From: the human T2T-CHM13v2.0 reference genome, Homo sapiens
Length of the DNA stretch: 64,000 nucleotides
Reading direction: 5' to 3'
Assembly: GCA_009914755.4 (NCBI GenBank)
Contig: CP068257.2
Coordinates: 42,880,001 to 42,944,000, forward strand
Shown: positions 14,953-30,768 of the stretch, piece by piece
How the letters are laid out: each line of letters begins with the position of its first letter
How positions within the stretch are numbered: position 1 is the stretch's first letter
The notes under the pieces: generated by a model
Told to the model about the DNA's origin: nothing
Database searches by the model: none
What the model saw: only the letters and a program-made list of their open reading frames with translations
Made by a program: the position numbers and the translations under genes

Positions 14953-16032
14953 TCAGGAGCACGGGTCCATGGTAAAACCCAAAGGCACCCCCACACACTA
15001 GGATGGCTAATGCCCAAAGAACAGAATGTGTTATGCTGGCGACACTGTGGAGAAACTGGAACTCTTGCGCACTGTTGGTGGGAATGTAAAATGGTGCAGC
15101 CACTGTGGAAAACAGGATGGCAGTTCCTCAAAAAGTTATAAACAGAACGACCAAATGATTCAGCAATTCCACTTCTGGGTCCATTCTCAAAAGAATCGAA
15201 AGAGATACTTGTACACACATGTTCATAGTGGCTTACTCACAATTGCCAAAAGGTAGAAGCAACACAAGTGTCCACGAACGGATGGATGGGTAAACGCAGT
15301 GTGGTCCAACCACACAGTGGAATATTAGTCAGCCATAAAGAGGGAAGGAAATGCTGACACATGCTGCAACATGGATGAACCTTGGGGATGTTCCACTTAT
15401 ATGAGGTCACTAGACTGGTCACATTCACAGAGACAAAAGGTAGAATGGTAGGTGCCGGGGCTGGGGGGTGATGGGGAGTAAGTGTTTAATGGGTGTGGAG
15501 TTTCAGTGTTGGGAGACGAAGAAGTTCTGGAGATGGACGGTGGTGATGGCTGCACAACAACATGGATGTCCTGAATGCCACTGACTGTACCCTTAAAAAT
15601 AGTTTCGATGGTAAATTTTACATTACGTGTATTTTACCACAATTAAAAAACAAGAACGTATACAAATGCGGTGTCCACCAAGACCTCAGAGCTTTTTGGC
15701 TTCCTTTCCAATTTGGGTTATGTGAAACAAAGCACTTGATTATACTTATTTCCAACTTAGATTCCATTCATTCCTAGCCCAACACAATTAAAGAATTGAA
15801 AGTGATTAAGCCTGAAAGGTAAAGCAGGTATGAAAACAGTTAGACAGCATACAGTCACGTACGGCCAGAGCCTGTTTCAGTTGACAGTGGACAGCACAGG
15901 GGATGGTGGTCCTGTAAGATTGTAACACTGACGTTTTACTGTATCGTGTCTGTGTTTAGAAACACGAATACACTGTTTGTACACTGCGACTGCCTGCAGT
16001 ATTCCCACAGTAGCGTGCTGGAAGTAGCTGCT

Positions 16033-16236
16033 CACTGCAACCTCTGCCTCCCAGGTTCAAGCAATTTTCCTGACTCAGCCTCCAAAGTAGCTGGGACTAC
16101 AGGTGCACACCACCACACCCAGCTAATTTTGTATTTTTAGTAGAGATGGGGTTTCACCATGTTAGCCAGGCTGGTCTCAAACTCCTGACCTCAGGTGATC
16201 CGCCCGCTTCGGCCTCCCAAAGTGCTGGGATTACAG
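16033..16236 (-). mobile_element. Alu SINE, antisense and partial.
   Basis: The sequence cactgcaacctctgcctcccaggttcaagc...ggcctcccaaagtgctgggattacag is the reverse complement of the Alu consensus. Confidence 0.85.
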
Positions 16237-17159
16237 ATAAAGCAAAGTTTTGAGCTTTAAGACCAGAAGGATCAATTTCTATGTTTATCAAAAAAAAAAA
16301 AGGAAAAAAGAAAAAAAAAAACTATCTATGGGGCTATTAGGTCTTTTTCCATTGGAAGTGGACTTTCTGTTCTGCCCAACTTTGCTTCCACTCCAAGCTC
16401 CTTACCCTCAGGTTGGGAGACAGAGGGACTCTTCTGTGGAAGGAAGCCCTGGTAGCTCAGACTCAAGAGTTCACAGTGGCAGAGTCCAGCCCTGTCAGGC
16501 TTCTTCCTGCAGCCGCTTGTGTTCCATGGCTGATGGAGAGGAGGGGCCTGCCCAGCTGCAGTGGCTGTTCACACTCTGGCCCCCTTTCCGGGCGGTGCTG
16601 GGCTTCTCCCATCCTCAGGCTGCTGCTCCTGCCAGTGCTCCCTCGGCGTCCTCCGGCACAGACCTCAGCAACACTGACTTCTGGGCCTGGTTCCTACCCA
16701 CTCGCATTTTGGGCCCTTGGGTGATATCTTGCCATTAAGTTCTGTCCTAAATGGAACCCATGGGTTTTTCTTTTTCTATCTGGTAATTCTCTCTGTTTCT
16801 ATTTGGGATTTAGGGAGATTTAGAAACTATGCCTCAGGTAGCACCATGTCTCTAGGATCCACTCCTCCCTCTCAAAACAATCCTTGATTCTAGTAAATGA
16901 AAATTCATAGCAAAAAGGAAATAGAAAGACTTGGTTTAAAAATAAAAGGTTTCTACTTAAACCCCACAGCAAACACTGCGTGTAGTGGTGAACCTTTGAC
17001 GCTTTCTCATGAAAGTCAGGAACAATCAAGGATTCTTTTAATTTTATTCAGCATCATCCTGGGTGTTCAAAGTAATGTTGCCACAGGAAAAACAATAGAA
17101 ATGGGAGTTTTAAAGATTGGAAATGAGAAGTTAAATTCTCCTTATTTTCAAATGATGAG

Positions 17160-18010
17160 CTCATCTACATAGAAAAATCCAAGAAAATCAATGACAAACT
17201 GTAAGAACTAATAAGAGAACTTGCAAAGGAAAGGAGCTAAACATATGGTTTGATATGAAGACAATATATATGTAAAAAATTTATATAGACATATATACAG
17301 GATTTATATACTAAGACAACATAATAGAAAACTGTTCCCCATTCACACTAGTAAAACATCCCTATGAAATACCTCGAATTTAATCCAAAGAGGAATATTT
17401 TAGACCTATAGAAGAAAATGATGGAATTCTAAATGGAACTATTGTACTGTGTAACTGCAAGGCAAGACAAGATGAACAATTATAGTTTCCTCCTACATAT
17501 TTAAAAGCTCAATGCAATCCCAATCAAAATTATAGTAGTTTAAAAAATACTGGAAAAGCTTTCTAAAATTAATCGAGAACAAGCTAGAACCAACGTTTTT
17601 AGAAAATAAGATAGTGGCACCTTCCTTAGGAGCTGTTAGTTTCCTCCTACATATTTAAAAGCTCAATGCAATCCCAATCAAAATTATAGCAGTTTAAAAA
17701 ATACTGGAAAAGCTTTCTAAAATTAATTGAGAACAAGCTAGAACCAACGTTTTTAGAAAATAAGATAGTGGCACCTTCTTTATGAGCTGTTAGGATATAT
17801 TATGAAGCTGAATAACATGGATAAAACAGCTGGAATGGATGCAAGGATAGATCAAGAGATGAATAGAACAAAATACAAAATAGGGATTTCAGAAGCAGGC
17901 TATACAAACATTTCTCAGACAAAAGAGATGTTTCAAATGGGAGATGGAGAGAATAAACTAACTTTAAAAAAGGACAGTTGGCTATTGGTGGAAGAGAAAG
18001 ATTAATACGT
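17160..18010 (+). mobile_element. Ancient LINE-1 (L1M/L1PB-like) ORF2-derived fragment, containing a local ~150 bp tandem duplication at 17480-17790.
   Basis: Degenerate L1 ORF2-like translation (...LNAIPIKIIVV.KILEKLSKIN...). The sequence gtttcctcctacatatttaaaagctcaatgcaatcccaatcaaaattatag...gatagtggcacctt appears twice in a row. Confidence 0.6.
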
Positions 18011-19388
18011 CATACCTCACACAAGTCATATCAGCAAATGGGGCAAAAAGTTAAATCTAAGCAATAACAATGAAACCAATATCAGCAAAATTAGGCCTGT
18101 TTCCAATCTCGGGGAGTGTGCTGTATAGAAGCAATGATGGGTTGGAAATATTTGGAGGGCATATGATGGACAGAGGATCCCCAGCCCTAAATCCACAAGA
18201 AAAACACACATAGCCTGATAAGAAATGGGCTAGGAATGTGAACAGGAAACTTTCAGTGTGGACGGCCATGCATTTAGGCCATAGTGGGTTCCCAGCAGCC
18301 ATCAGTGCGGAGGGCAGGGAGCTGAGAGCAGATCAGGCTGAGCCGGGGTCACGCGGGGTCCCCCAGCCACTGAGGGCCCTGGGCAGCAACCACGCAGACC
18401 CCGCCCCCCAGGCTCCACCTCACTTTCTGTGGCATTTCTGTGCCTGTTCTGACCACAGCCGTGGCAGCACCATGTCCATCAGGCTGCGGCCGGCCTGGCT
18501 GTGGGGTGACTGCAGCATCCCAGGGGCGGGCATTCTCATCAGCGTTTTGGTCTCTGCAGCTGGCCTGGAGGAGTTTGTCTCACAGTCTGAGGACTGACTG
18601 CTCTGCACCCACCCAGGGTGGCGGAGCCCCATGCGCTGCCTGATCTTACCATTGTCCCCGCTGACGGCCTTTCCCACAGGACATCACAGGCAGCTCATGC
18701 TCCCCGCGTGGACCAAGCCTTAGAGAGATGAGAGTGTCGCTGACTGTGTGCCCGCACCGGCATCATCTGTGGGAACCCAGGCTCCTTGTCCCTACACCTG
18801 TGTGGAAACTGCTGCCCCCCCCCCCCAAGAGGAGAACCTGGGCAGCGCCAGGGTTTTGGGGAATCCTGTGCCTCCATCCGCCCACCCCATGATGCTTTTG
18901 TTCCCATCGAGTCCCTTGTCTCCTGCGCAGGTGCAGCAGCCCCTCCCTCTCCCCTCGCATTGCTGCTAAAACGGGCAGAACCCTCGGGCGGGCGGCACAC
19001 AGGGAGGGTGACCAGGCCTGGAGGCTGCAGTGCCCGGACCCCAGGGCAGCTTCCCGGAAGGTGACCCTGCAGTGTGGGCTCTCCCAGGTGAGAGAGTGGG
19101 TGGGACAGTCCTGGGGCCTGGAGAGCCCCACAGCCCAGGGCATGACAGCGAATGACCAGGCTCAGGAAGACCCGGGCACAGGGGCTGAGCTGGGACTGAG
19201 CCTTCCTGGGAGTGACCGTGAGTCCCACCTGGTGACCCCCTGGAGGAGTTAGGCCACTGTCCCCTGTGACTTCTAGGTTAAGTCACTCATTCCTAAAAAT
19301 AATCATGGCTGGAGGAGACCAATGTCAGCTCAAAACCATGTGTCCCCCAGGAACACAACAGAAAAGAGAATCAGGTGACCAAGGAGAG

Positions 19389-19394
19389 TTTATT
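19389..19394 (-). terminator. KRTAP10-1: Polyadenylation signal AATAAA (minus strand) for KRTAP10-1, about 300 nt after the stop codon.
   Basis: The plus strand reads tttatt inside gagtttattgg. The same ccaataaactc context recurs 3' of KRTAP10-5. Confidence 0.65.
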
Positions 19395-19691
19395 GGGGAG
19401 CAGGAGGAGGTGCTGAGAGGTTCAAGTCGAGGCCAAGTGACCCAGAGCAGAGAAGCTGGGAGGGAGGACAGGGGACCTAGCAGGCAGGTGGGCACCTGCT
19501 GGAAGGCAAGAGCTGGGGAGCTGCAAGGATGGAGGCTCCTGGGAGCAAGGAGGGGGGGTCACCTCAGCACAGGGGAGACACGGGGACCCGTCCTAGGTGG
19601 GGGCAGCCACCTAACCCAGGTCAGGAACTGAGCCCAGCTGGCCCAGGGCGGGTGCCCATCAGCAGCTGGACTCCTGGCCTGAGCAGAGGCC

Positions 19692-20540
19692 TCAGCAGGC
19701 CAGGCGGGAGCACGCGGGGCGGCAGAGGAGGGACACGCAGGAGGCCGGGCGGCAGCAGCTGGCCTGGCAGGAGGAGGCAGGGGCACAGCAGGAGGAGACA
19801 GGCATACAGCAGGCGGGCTGGCATACAGGGCGGCAGAGGAGGGACACGGAGGAGGAGGGTCTGCAGCAGGAGGTGGTGCAGCAAGCCGGCTGACAGCTAG
19901 ACTGCTGGCAGCATGAAGTGGAAGCCCCAGAGCAGACGGGCACACAGCAGATGGGCTTGCAGCAGACAGGCTTGCAACGGACGGGCACGCAGCAGGCCTG
20001 CTGGCAGGGGGAGGAGGTGCAGCAAGCTGGATGGCAGCTAGACTGCTGGCAGCATGAAGAGGATGACTCAGAGCAGGTGGGCACATAGCACACAGGCTTG
20101 CAGCAAACAGGCACACAGCAGGACTGCTGGCTGGAGGAAGAGGCACAGCAAGTTGGCTGGCAGCTAGACTGCTGGCAGCATGAAGAGGAATCCTTAGAGC
20201 AGGTGGGCAGGCAGCACACAGGCTTGCAGCAGACGGGCATGCAGCAGGCCTGCTGGCAGGGGGAGGAGGTGCAGCAAGCCGGCTGGCAGCTAGACTGCTG
20301 GCAGCACGAGGGCGTGCAGGAGCTGGTGCAGCCTGATTGGCAGGGGCTGGGCTCACAGGCTGCCTGGCAGCAGGGGCTGGACACACGGCTCACTGGGGTG
20401 CAGACCAGGGTCAGGCAGGGGGCCAGGGCGCAGCAGCTGAGGGCGCAGCAGTGGGGCTCACAGCAGCTCTCTGGGCAGGCATCCACCTGCCAGGAGTCGG
20501 AGCAAGCGCTGGAGCAGACGGACATGGTGGACGCGGCCAT
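19692..20540 (-). CDS. KRTAP10-1: High-sulfur keratin-associated protein 10-1, single-exon CDS of 282 aa ([29 protein letters not shown]...[10 protein letters not shown]).
   Basis: ATG at 20540-20538, checked in the sequence. The protein is Cys-rich with pentapeptide repeats ([15 protein letters not shown]). Length 282 aa and minus orientation are as expected for the first member of the 21q22.3 KAP10 array. A TATA box and a polyA signal flank it. Confidence 0.85.
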
Positions 20541-20562
20541 GCTGGGGTGGGGAGGAGGTGAG

Positions 20563-20640
20563 CTGCGGGAGGTGTGAGTGAGTGAGTGTGGGAGTCAGTG
20601 TGTGTGTGAGTGACTGAGTGTGTGAGTGAGTGTGTGAGCT
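20563..20640. repeat. KRTAP10-1: (GTGAGT)/(GTGT)-type repeat, read CACTCA on the gene strand. It sits in the KRTAP10-1 5' UTR between the TATA box and the ATG.
   Basis: The sequence is gtgtgagtgagtgagtgtgggagtcagtgtgtgtgtgagtgactgagtgtgtgagtgagtgtgtgag. Equivalent repeats of different length sit at 31881-31946 (KRTAP10-2), 39151-39196 (KRTAP10-3), 61017-61068 (KRTAP10-5) and 54089-54114 (KRTAP10-4, sense CTCACTCACTCGCTCACCCACTCC). Confidence 0.8.
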
Positions 20641-20653
20641 TCGTGGGGCTCTG

Positions 20654-20661
20654 CTTTTATA
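20654..20661 (-). promoter_or_regulatory. KRTAP10-1: TATA box (TATAAAAG on the minus strand), about 115 bp upstream of the KRTAP10-1 ATG.
   Basis: The plus strand reads cttttata. The other KRTAP10 genes show the same arrangement. Confidence 0.7.
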
Positions 20662-21365
20662 CCCCTTCTGGCCTTGTTGTTCCAGGGCCCACAGCGTCCC
20701 CTTCCTGGTTGCTGAGAGGTGGCGTGTGTCATGACTAGGGATGTTTGTTTGCCTGTGATGTGGCCCAGGTCATAAATCTCCTGTCCTGTCTGGGCTGTAG
20801 CCTGTCCCATGTGGATCCCTGGGGGCAAGAGTGGAGGTGGACCTGGTCCCAGCACGCCACCAGTGCAGTCCGGGTTGTAAGAAGGGGGCTGCGGAGGCAG
20901 GGGTGGCCCTTCAGCCTTATGCAAAGTGTGGCATGCCAGGGTGAGAGCTGTCCCACTCACGATCGTGGGGGCGTCTCCTCCCTAAAGCGGGTCCTCACTG
21001 AAGAGGCAGAAGCAGCTGGTAGAAGCACAGGATCACTGGAGCAGCCGGAGAGAAGGTGCAGCAGTGGCCAGCGAACCCCACAGTGGTGGCCCTGCACATT
21101 CCTTCCCCCATCCCCATCACTGAAGAAATTAGAGCCCCAAACAGGGAGAAGGGGAGCAAGGAAGGAGAGGCCATGCCCCTCCCCACGGCCTTCCCCGAGG
21201 TCCACTCAGACGTTGGTGTGGGAACGCTGGGGATAGGACTGGGTTTCGGACAGGAAAGAAAAGTTTTGAACTGGCCCATGGATTTGGTTCTGCTCTTAAA
21301 GGCCATAGCTTTATGATGTGCTTCAACCATAGATAACTCAAGTCCCGTTATCAATATTCTTAAAT

Positions 21366-21460
21366 TTATTTTTTTTTTTTTTTGTACAGATGGCGTCTCA
21401 AGTGATCCCTCCTGCCTTGGCCAAAGTACTGGGATTGCAGGCGTGAGCCCGGTGCCTGGC
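21366..21460 (-). mobile_element. Truncated or internally deleted Alu/FLAM-like SINE fragment with a poly-T, antisense.
   Basis: A T13 run is followed by cctgccttggccaaagtactgggattgcaggcgtgagcc. Confidence 0.6.
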
Positions 21461-21589
21461 CATCATCAGTATTTCTGCACCACGTGTCTTCCCTGTTCCT
21501 GTTCATTGTCCTTGCTGTCCTCAGCTTCCTTTCTTCAAACGTAAGCTGCATGTGAGCAGGGAGTGTGTTTGTCTTGTTCACCACTCAGT

Positions 21590-24230
<2,641 letters not shown>

Positions 24231-25438
24231 AGAATAATTTTCCATTGTTTCCAGTCACACTTTTGGTGTAATTAGCTATGGTAGCACTAGGAACCAATAC
24301 AATGAAGGAATAAAAAAACTTAAAACAGTCAATCCAAAAGCAGTAAAGCAAGGAGATAAAAGGGAGTAGATTCCTTGCATAAGCAAAAACCACTGTGAGA
24401 TGGGAGGTTTAAACTCAAACGTATCAGCAAAGCCCCACATTCTTTCCAGTCCTGCCCATCAGATGTATCATTACTTTAGTCAACACAGCTGTATAGGGAG
24501 AGTTCACTGGGGTTTAAGTTTGCGCTGTCCTGGTGATCCATGATGTGAAACATGTTTCCATGTGTTTATTTGCCATCCATATTTGTTCTTTAGTGAAGGG
24601 TCTATTTAAGTCATATATTATATGGCAAAATACTAAACACTGTGGGATTCTGTAGATGTGATATTATGGCAATAGTAATCATAATAAGACAAAAAAAAAA
24701 TCAGTGCCTTTTAGGGGCTAGGGTGGGGATGTGGAATGACTACAAAGGGGCATGAGGGAAATTTGTGGGATGATGAGAGGAGTCTATGTATTGATGGTGT
24801 TGGTGGAGACACAACTATCTATATTTGTCAAGACACAGAATCCAAGAAAAGGAAAAGTCCCAAATATATCATACTGATTAAATGAATCTAGGATTAAAAG
24901 CCATTCTACAAAGCAAGCTATGGACCCAAAGACTTTCACCACTGAATGCTGTAAATAATTGGGAGAGAAATAATGCTAGGCTTAAATTTCTCAGCTTGTT
25001 TTATTAGGCCATCATAATTTTCCAGACCTTAGGAAGTGGGACCTGTCTAGTGAGAGCAACTGAGGAATGCTATGTGCTGCCCGGGGGGAGCCACATGGAT
25101 GTTACCTGGGGACATGATGGCCTGGTGGGGGAGGAGCCAGCCACAGACCAGGAGAATGGCCAGGAACGGAGGCTAATGAGGAAGCCACTGTCATGCAGAA
25201 GCTGGAGCAGACTGATCAGCAGGGGCTGGGCCCACAGGACGTTATGCACTGATGAAAGTGAATCCATCAAGAAGATATACCAATTGTAAATATATACATA
25301 TCTAATATCAGATCACCAAAGTATGTGAAACAAAAATGGACAGACATGAAGAAAGAAATAGACAGTTCTGGTTCTACAATAAGAGAGACATCAATGAGCC
25401 ATTCTCTGTAATTAAAAAAAAAAAAAGAGGCCAGGCGC

Positions 25439-25726
<288 letters not shown>

Positions 25727-25744
25727 TTAATTAATTAAAAAAAA

Positions 25745-26640
25745 AAGAATTAAATTGACATTCAGTAAAGAAATAGAGGACTTGAAGAACCCCCTAAACA
25801 GGTCTAACGTAGATGCAGAAACATCCAACCCAACAAGAGTAGACAACAACACACTCTTCTCAAGTTCACATGGAACAGTTGCCATATTAGACTATACCTT
25901 AGGCCACAAAACTAGTCTTAATAATTTAAAATGATCAAACTCATAGAAACTATCTTCTCTGATTATAATGGAAAGAAACTAGAAAATAACAGAAGAAAAA
26001 CTGGAATTCACAAATATGTGTATATTAAATTACACACTCTCAAACAACCAAGGAGTCAAAGGAGAAACTCAAAGAGAAGACAGAAAATACTTTGAGATGA
26101 ATAAAAAAGAAAACACAGCAAACCAAAACTTATGAGATGCAGTGAAAGCAGTATGTAGAGGGAAATTGATAACTGAATGCTTACATTTTAAAAAAAAATA
26201 AAGATCTCAAATCATTAATCTAACTTTATATCTTAAGGAACTAGAAAAAGAGGAGCAAACTGAATCCAAATTTAGCAGAAGGTAGAAAATAAAGACTAGA
26301 GCACAGAAAAATGGAATAGAAAGTAGAAAACCAGTAGAATCAATGAACCCCAAAGTTGGTTCTTTAAGAAGAGCAACAGATTTGACAAATCTTTATCTGT
26401 CTAGATCTTTATCTAGACAAATATTTATCTAGATTAAAAGATGACAGATTCAAATAATTAAAATCGTAAATGAAAATGGGAATATCACTACTGACCTTAC
26501 ATTAATAAAAAGGATTATAAGGAATACTATGAAAATTTGTACACCAACAAATTAGATAACTAATATGTAATGGAAGAATTCTTATAAACACACAAACTAC
26601 CGACATGGCTACCTTTCCTTCATATGGCTCCAGGTTACTG
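25745..26640 (+). mobile_element. Ancient LINE-1 ORF2 (endonuclease region) fragment, flanked by Alus.
   Basis: Degenerate L1 ORF2-like translation (...NQNL.DAVKAVCRGKLITECLHFKKK.RSQIINLTLYLKELEKEEQTESKFSRR.KIKTRAQKNGIESRKPVESMNPKVGSLRRATDL...). Confidence 0.6.
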
Positions 26641-26729
26641 TCTAGTGCCCTTTTATTTCAGCCTGAATTAGCATTTCTTGTAAGGCAAGTCTATTGGCAA
26701 TGAGCTTTTTCAGGTTTTATTTACCTTGA

Positions 26730-27046
<317 letters not shown>

Positions 27047-28143
27047 TCAGATGCTGATGCCTTTTTGGTTGTTGGTTTCCCCTGCCGCTGTACCCCAAGC
27101 CAGCATGTGAAATATGTCATCCCAATGCCTCTGGCCTCCATGGTTTCTGATGAGAAATTCGCTGTTAGTCTTCTGTCCAGCAGCTTTCTAGATTCTGTTT
27201 TGACTTTTGAGAATTTGATTACACTGTGTTTTTGTGTGATGCTCTTTGAGTTTATTCTACTTGGGGTTCACTGAGTGGCTTGAATGTGTAGATTGGTATG
27301 TCTTCTCAATTTGGGAAGTTTTGGCCATTATTTCTTCAATTATTTTTTCTGCTCCCCCTGTCTCCCCTCCATCTGGAAATCCAGTTAAGTGTGTTGGTAT
27401 GCTTGATGGTGTCCCACAGGTCTTCTAAGATTTGTGCATTTTTCTCCATTCTCACATCTACTCCCCTTTGTCTCAGCTACTCCTCAGACTAGAGTATATT
27501 AATTCGTCTGTCTTTATGTTCACTAATTCTTCCACCTGATAAAATCTGCTGTTGAAACCCTATCATGAATTATTTATTTCAGTTGTTGTAATTTTCAATT
27601 CCAGATTTTCTGTTTGGTTTCTTTTTAAAGTTCCTATCTCTTTATTGATATTCTCTATTTGGTGAGGCATCATTCTCCTGGTTTATCTTAATTCTTTGTC
27701 TGTGATTTTATTTAGTTTTTTGAACATGTTTAAGAGAGCTGATCGAAAGGCTTTATCTAGTAAGTCCAATTCTGGGCTTCCTCAGGAAGATTTTCCATTA
27801 ATTGCTTTCCCCCCATGAGTAGCTCATATTTCTTCCCACTTTGTCTGGTGAAAACCAGACAGTGACTATTACAATGGGATATTTCTGGGTATCAGGTTCT
27901 CCTCCCTCTGTGCAGTTTGCTGTTGCTGATTGTTGTGGATTGTGGTTGTTTTTGCTTGTTTATGTCAAGTTAAAAAATAGTTTCTTCATCATGTGTGCTC
28001 ACTTTCTATTAGCTTGGTGCTAAGACAGTAATTTGACAGAGAGTTCCTTAAACGCCTGGAATCAAAAAATTGTTTTTCTTCAGGGTTTGTAGCTGGGCTC
28101 TGTGTATTGGTCCACACCCCCCAGCACTCGGCTGGGGAGTTTG

Positions 28144-28240
28144 CGACTCTGCCTTCCCCTTCACTTCCTGCTTGCATCTTCACTTCCTGCTTGCACCTTT
28201 ACTTCCTGCTTGCACCTTCCCTTCCTGCTTGCTCAGAGCC
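28144..28240. repeat. 24 bp tandem repeat in 4 copies (cttcacttcctgcttgcacctt).
   Basis: Direct repeats are visible at 28144-28240. Confidence 0.7.
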
Positions 28241-30762
28241 TGAAGTTCAGCCAGAGGTGAGCACTGAGAGCTTCTCAGGTCTTTTCTGAGCTGGTGCCCC
28301 ATCATGGGCATGCGTGGGGGCCTTCTGGACTCCCAAGAGTAAGTGGGATCTCCCACCTCCCTTATTCCTCAAAGCATGTCATCTTCCAGCTTTTCCTCCC
28401 AGGCTTTTTGGGCATGCCCAATGTTTTCTGGCTGATACCTTTGGCCCCAGGTGGCATTGACTGTTTAATGTTCTGACAAAGCCTCAGTGTAGCTGCTCTC
28501 TGCCTTGAGTCTGATTTGGTGAAATAAGGCAAGCCCTGTGTGTTAGTCCTTCAGGGAGCCACCAGATGGGTAGAAACAGACAACTGCACTGCCTTGCAAA
28601 CAAGGTCCCCTCTGCTTCCCTGGCAACAGCATCCCACATCAGAAACTCGGGCTGCTGCCTTCCTGACTGTCACCCAGCTGGGGAGTGGGGGATGGGGCAA
28701 GGGGGAGTTAAAATCCACAAGGTTGTCCTATTGGGTTGTGCTGCTTTTTCTTGATTATGTGTTCCCTTGACTGCTGCAAACCTTCAAGTATTTTCCAGAG
28801 TTCAGATAAAATTGAACTCCACCCCCTTTGTTGGGGTGGGTGGGTGGACGGCAGGTGGGGACGGGAAGGTCTTGGGGAAGCGATGGCGGAGGAAGCCCAG
28901 GACAGTGTGGGACCACGTCCAAACCAGAGGGTGGGAGAACACGTGAACACGTGAACATGAGTGCAGATGGAGCCAGTTTCAAACAGGATTGAACAAATCC
29001 GAGAGTAGACTCCTAGAAATACAACTGCAGAGCCAGGGGACGCTGGCCGGGGACGGTGGGTTTGTTTATTTGGGTTTTGCCAGTTTCTGATGTTCCGTGG
29101 AGGGACAGGCCCTCACAGTTCCCCGCTGCACCATTTCCTCTGACGTCGGTATTCACAGGCACAATTAGGGACCATCTTTGGAGGGCATTTCTCAGTATCT
29201 CTAAGAATTTTAAATCCATGAACACTCTGCACCAGCAATGCCACTTTTAGGAATTTAGGCAAAAATGTACCTGAGTGTGGAAAGGTATATGGTAGAAACA
29301 CCCACAGAGGTGTTAGAGATAGAACTCAGAGTCGTAAGGAAAACGAGCGCTTAGACAAAGGACTTTTTAGCAAAGCAAATTTATCTTTGCGCAGAGAAGT
29401 GCCTCTCACGTGGCCGGTTGCCACGAGAGCACACAGAACAAAGGAGAGTGAAAGTTTTTATTTTTGACGCAAATCCTGCCCCTGTGCCCTTTTTTAACTG
29501 GCTGGGGTCGGACCACACAATCTAAGCTAGACCCGATTGGCTAAACATTTAGGGGAAGGGGTCGTCTGCGGCGAGCTAGAGAGTCAGTCTTTTCTCAAAT
29601 AAGGAAAGGAATGTGAGCTGGTGCTGTGGCATGCCTGGGCGTGTAGGAAAAGCAGAAGGAAAGAAGAAGAAAGACATGGGGAGGGGTACTGGGAATGAAA
29701 CACTAAAGGACTGATCAGGCTGTTTGAAGAGAAACCTTGCCATATCTCACAAGAGGTATCGTTTGTAATAATGAACAACTGGAGAGACAGTCAGGGCCAT
29801 CCACCTGGCGTTGCAGACACCAAGTGCGGCGTGTCCACACTTTGGAACGCTGTACACCTTGCTGAAGAAAACCATGAGAAAATAGTTTTTAAAATCAACC
29901 CGGACAAAAAAAAGAATAATGTGTGCCCCCCGCATTGTGATTGTATAGCTGTGGAGAAGTAAAGACTCAGGGCCTCTTGCGGGCAACGTGGTGACGGTCA
30001 TACCTCGCCAGCATCCCTTGCCTGCATTTGCATTTCTAGGAGTCTATTCTCAGATTTGCTCAATCCTGTTTGAAACCACATCTGGCTACATCTGGACCTG
30101 TGCGTCCATGTGTTACTCTCGCCCTCTGGTCTGCATGTGTCCCCATGCTGTCCTGCACTTCCTCTGCCATTGGGGCCTTGCTGTTCCCACCGGCCCTCCG
30201 CCCACCCAGCCCAGCACACGGAGCTCTGGAGGCCGCGTCTCTGTTCTCTGCTCTGCATCCCAGCTGTAAGCCTGGTGCAGGAACAGAGGGCGCCCCTGAG
30301 CGTATGTGAGTGTGCGCAGGAGGCCAGGATGCCCAAGCTGTCCCTGAGTGGAACTCCCTGAGCGCAGGGACAGCTGGAGCCCAAGTCTCCCGCCGTGTCC
30401 CACCTCCCAGCACAGCTGGGGCCTGCCACCCCCCGGGACAGCCCCAACCCTTGCCATGGGAAGGAGCTGCTTCTACCCGCAGTGCGTGGGGCGTTGGCCT
30501 GAGTCATGTGGTGTCTGTGGGACTCAGCCAATGAACAAGGCTTTTGGGCCCCACAGGACCTGGGAGGGGAGCCGGACAGCAGAACATGCCACGAGGTGGA
30601 CAGGAGCTTCCAGGTGTCACACAAGAGCCCCCCGGGGCCCCCAGCTGGGGAAGTAAAGAGATCCACGGGGCCCAGCCCCCCAGAGCCAGGCCAGGCCCCA
30701 CTCTGCCCCCTCCCGCCCTGGGTGCGGAGAGTCAGCACGGAGTCAGCTGGGGCCGCAGACGC

Positions 30763-30768
30763 TTTATT
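30763..30768 (-). terminator. KRTAP10-2: Polyadenylation signal AATAAA (minus strand) for KRTAP10-2.
   Basis: The plus strand reads gctttattgg, about 315 nt 3' of the stop at 31082. Confidence 0.6.

Noticed and set aside
19061-19631. The plus-strand ORFs MTLQCGLSQVREW... (63 aa) and MTSRLSHSFLKIIMAGG... (121 aa) are duplicated at 59548-60091.
   Set aside because: They are conserved only because the whole KRTAP10-1 and KRTAP10-5 3' flank is a segmental duplicate. The differences between copies are scattered and mostly non-synonymous. They lie in the KRTAP 3' UTR/flank on the opposite strand.
19559-20386. A 275 aa [52 protein letters not shown]..., lies on the same strand as KRTAP10-1 in a different frame. 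Equivalent ORFs overlap the other KRTAP10 genes, for example 30814-31695, 38383-38964 and 59874-60842.
   Set aside because: This is an alternative-frame reading of the GC-rich, stop-poor TGCTGCCAGCAGTCTAGCTGCCAGCC repeats. The Ala/Ser/Leu/Pro low-complexity product has no start context. It never extends beyond the Cys-repeat region plus flank. The Cys-rich frame is the one with a TATA box, a conserved [11 protein letters not shown] start and a polyA signal.
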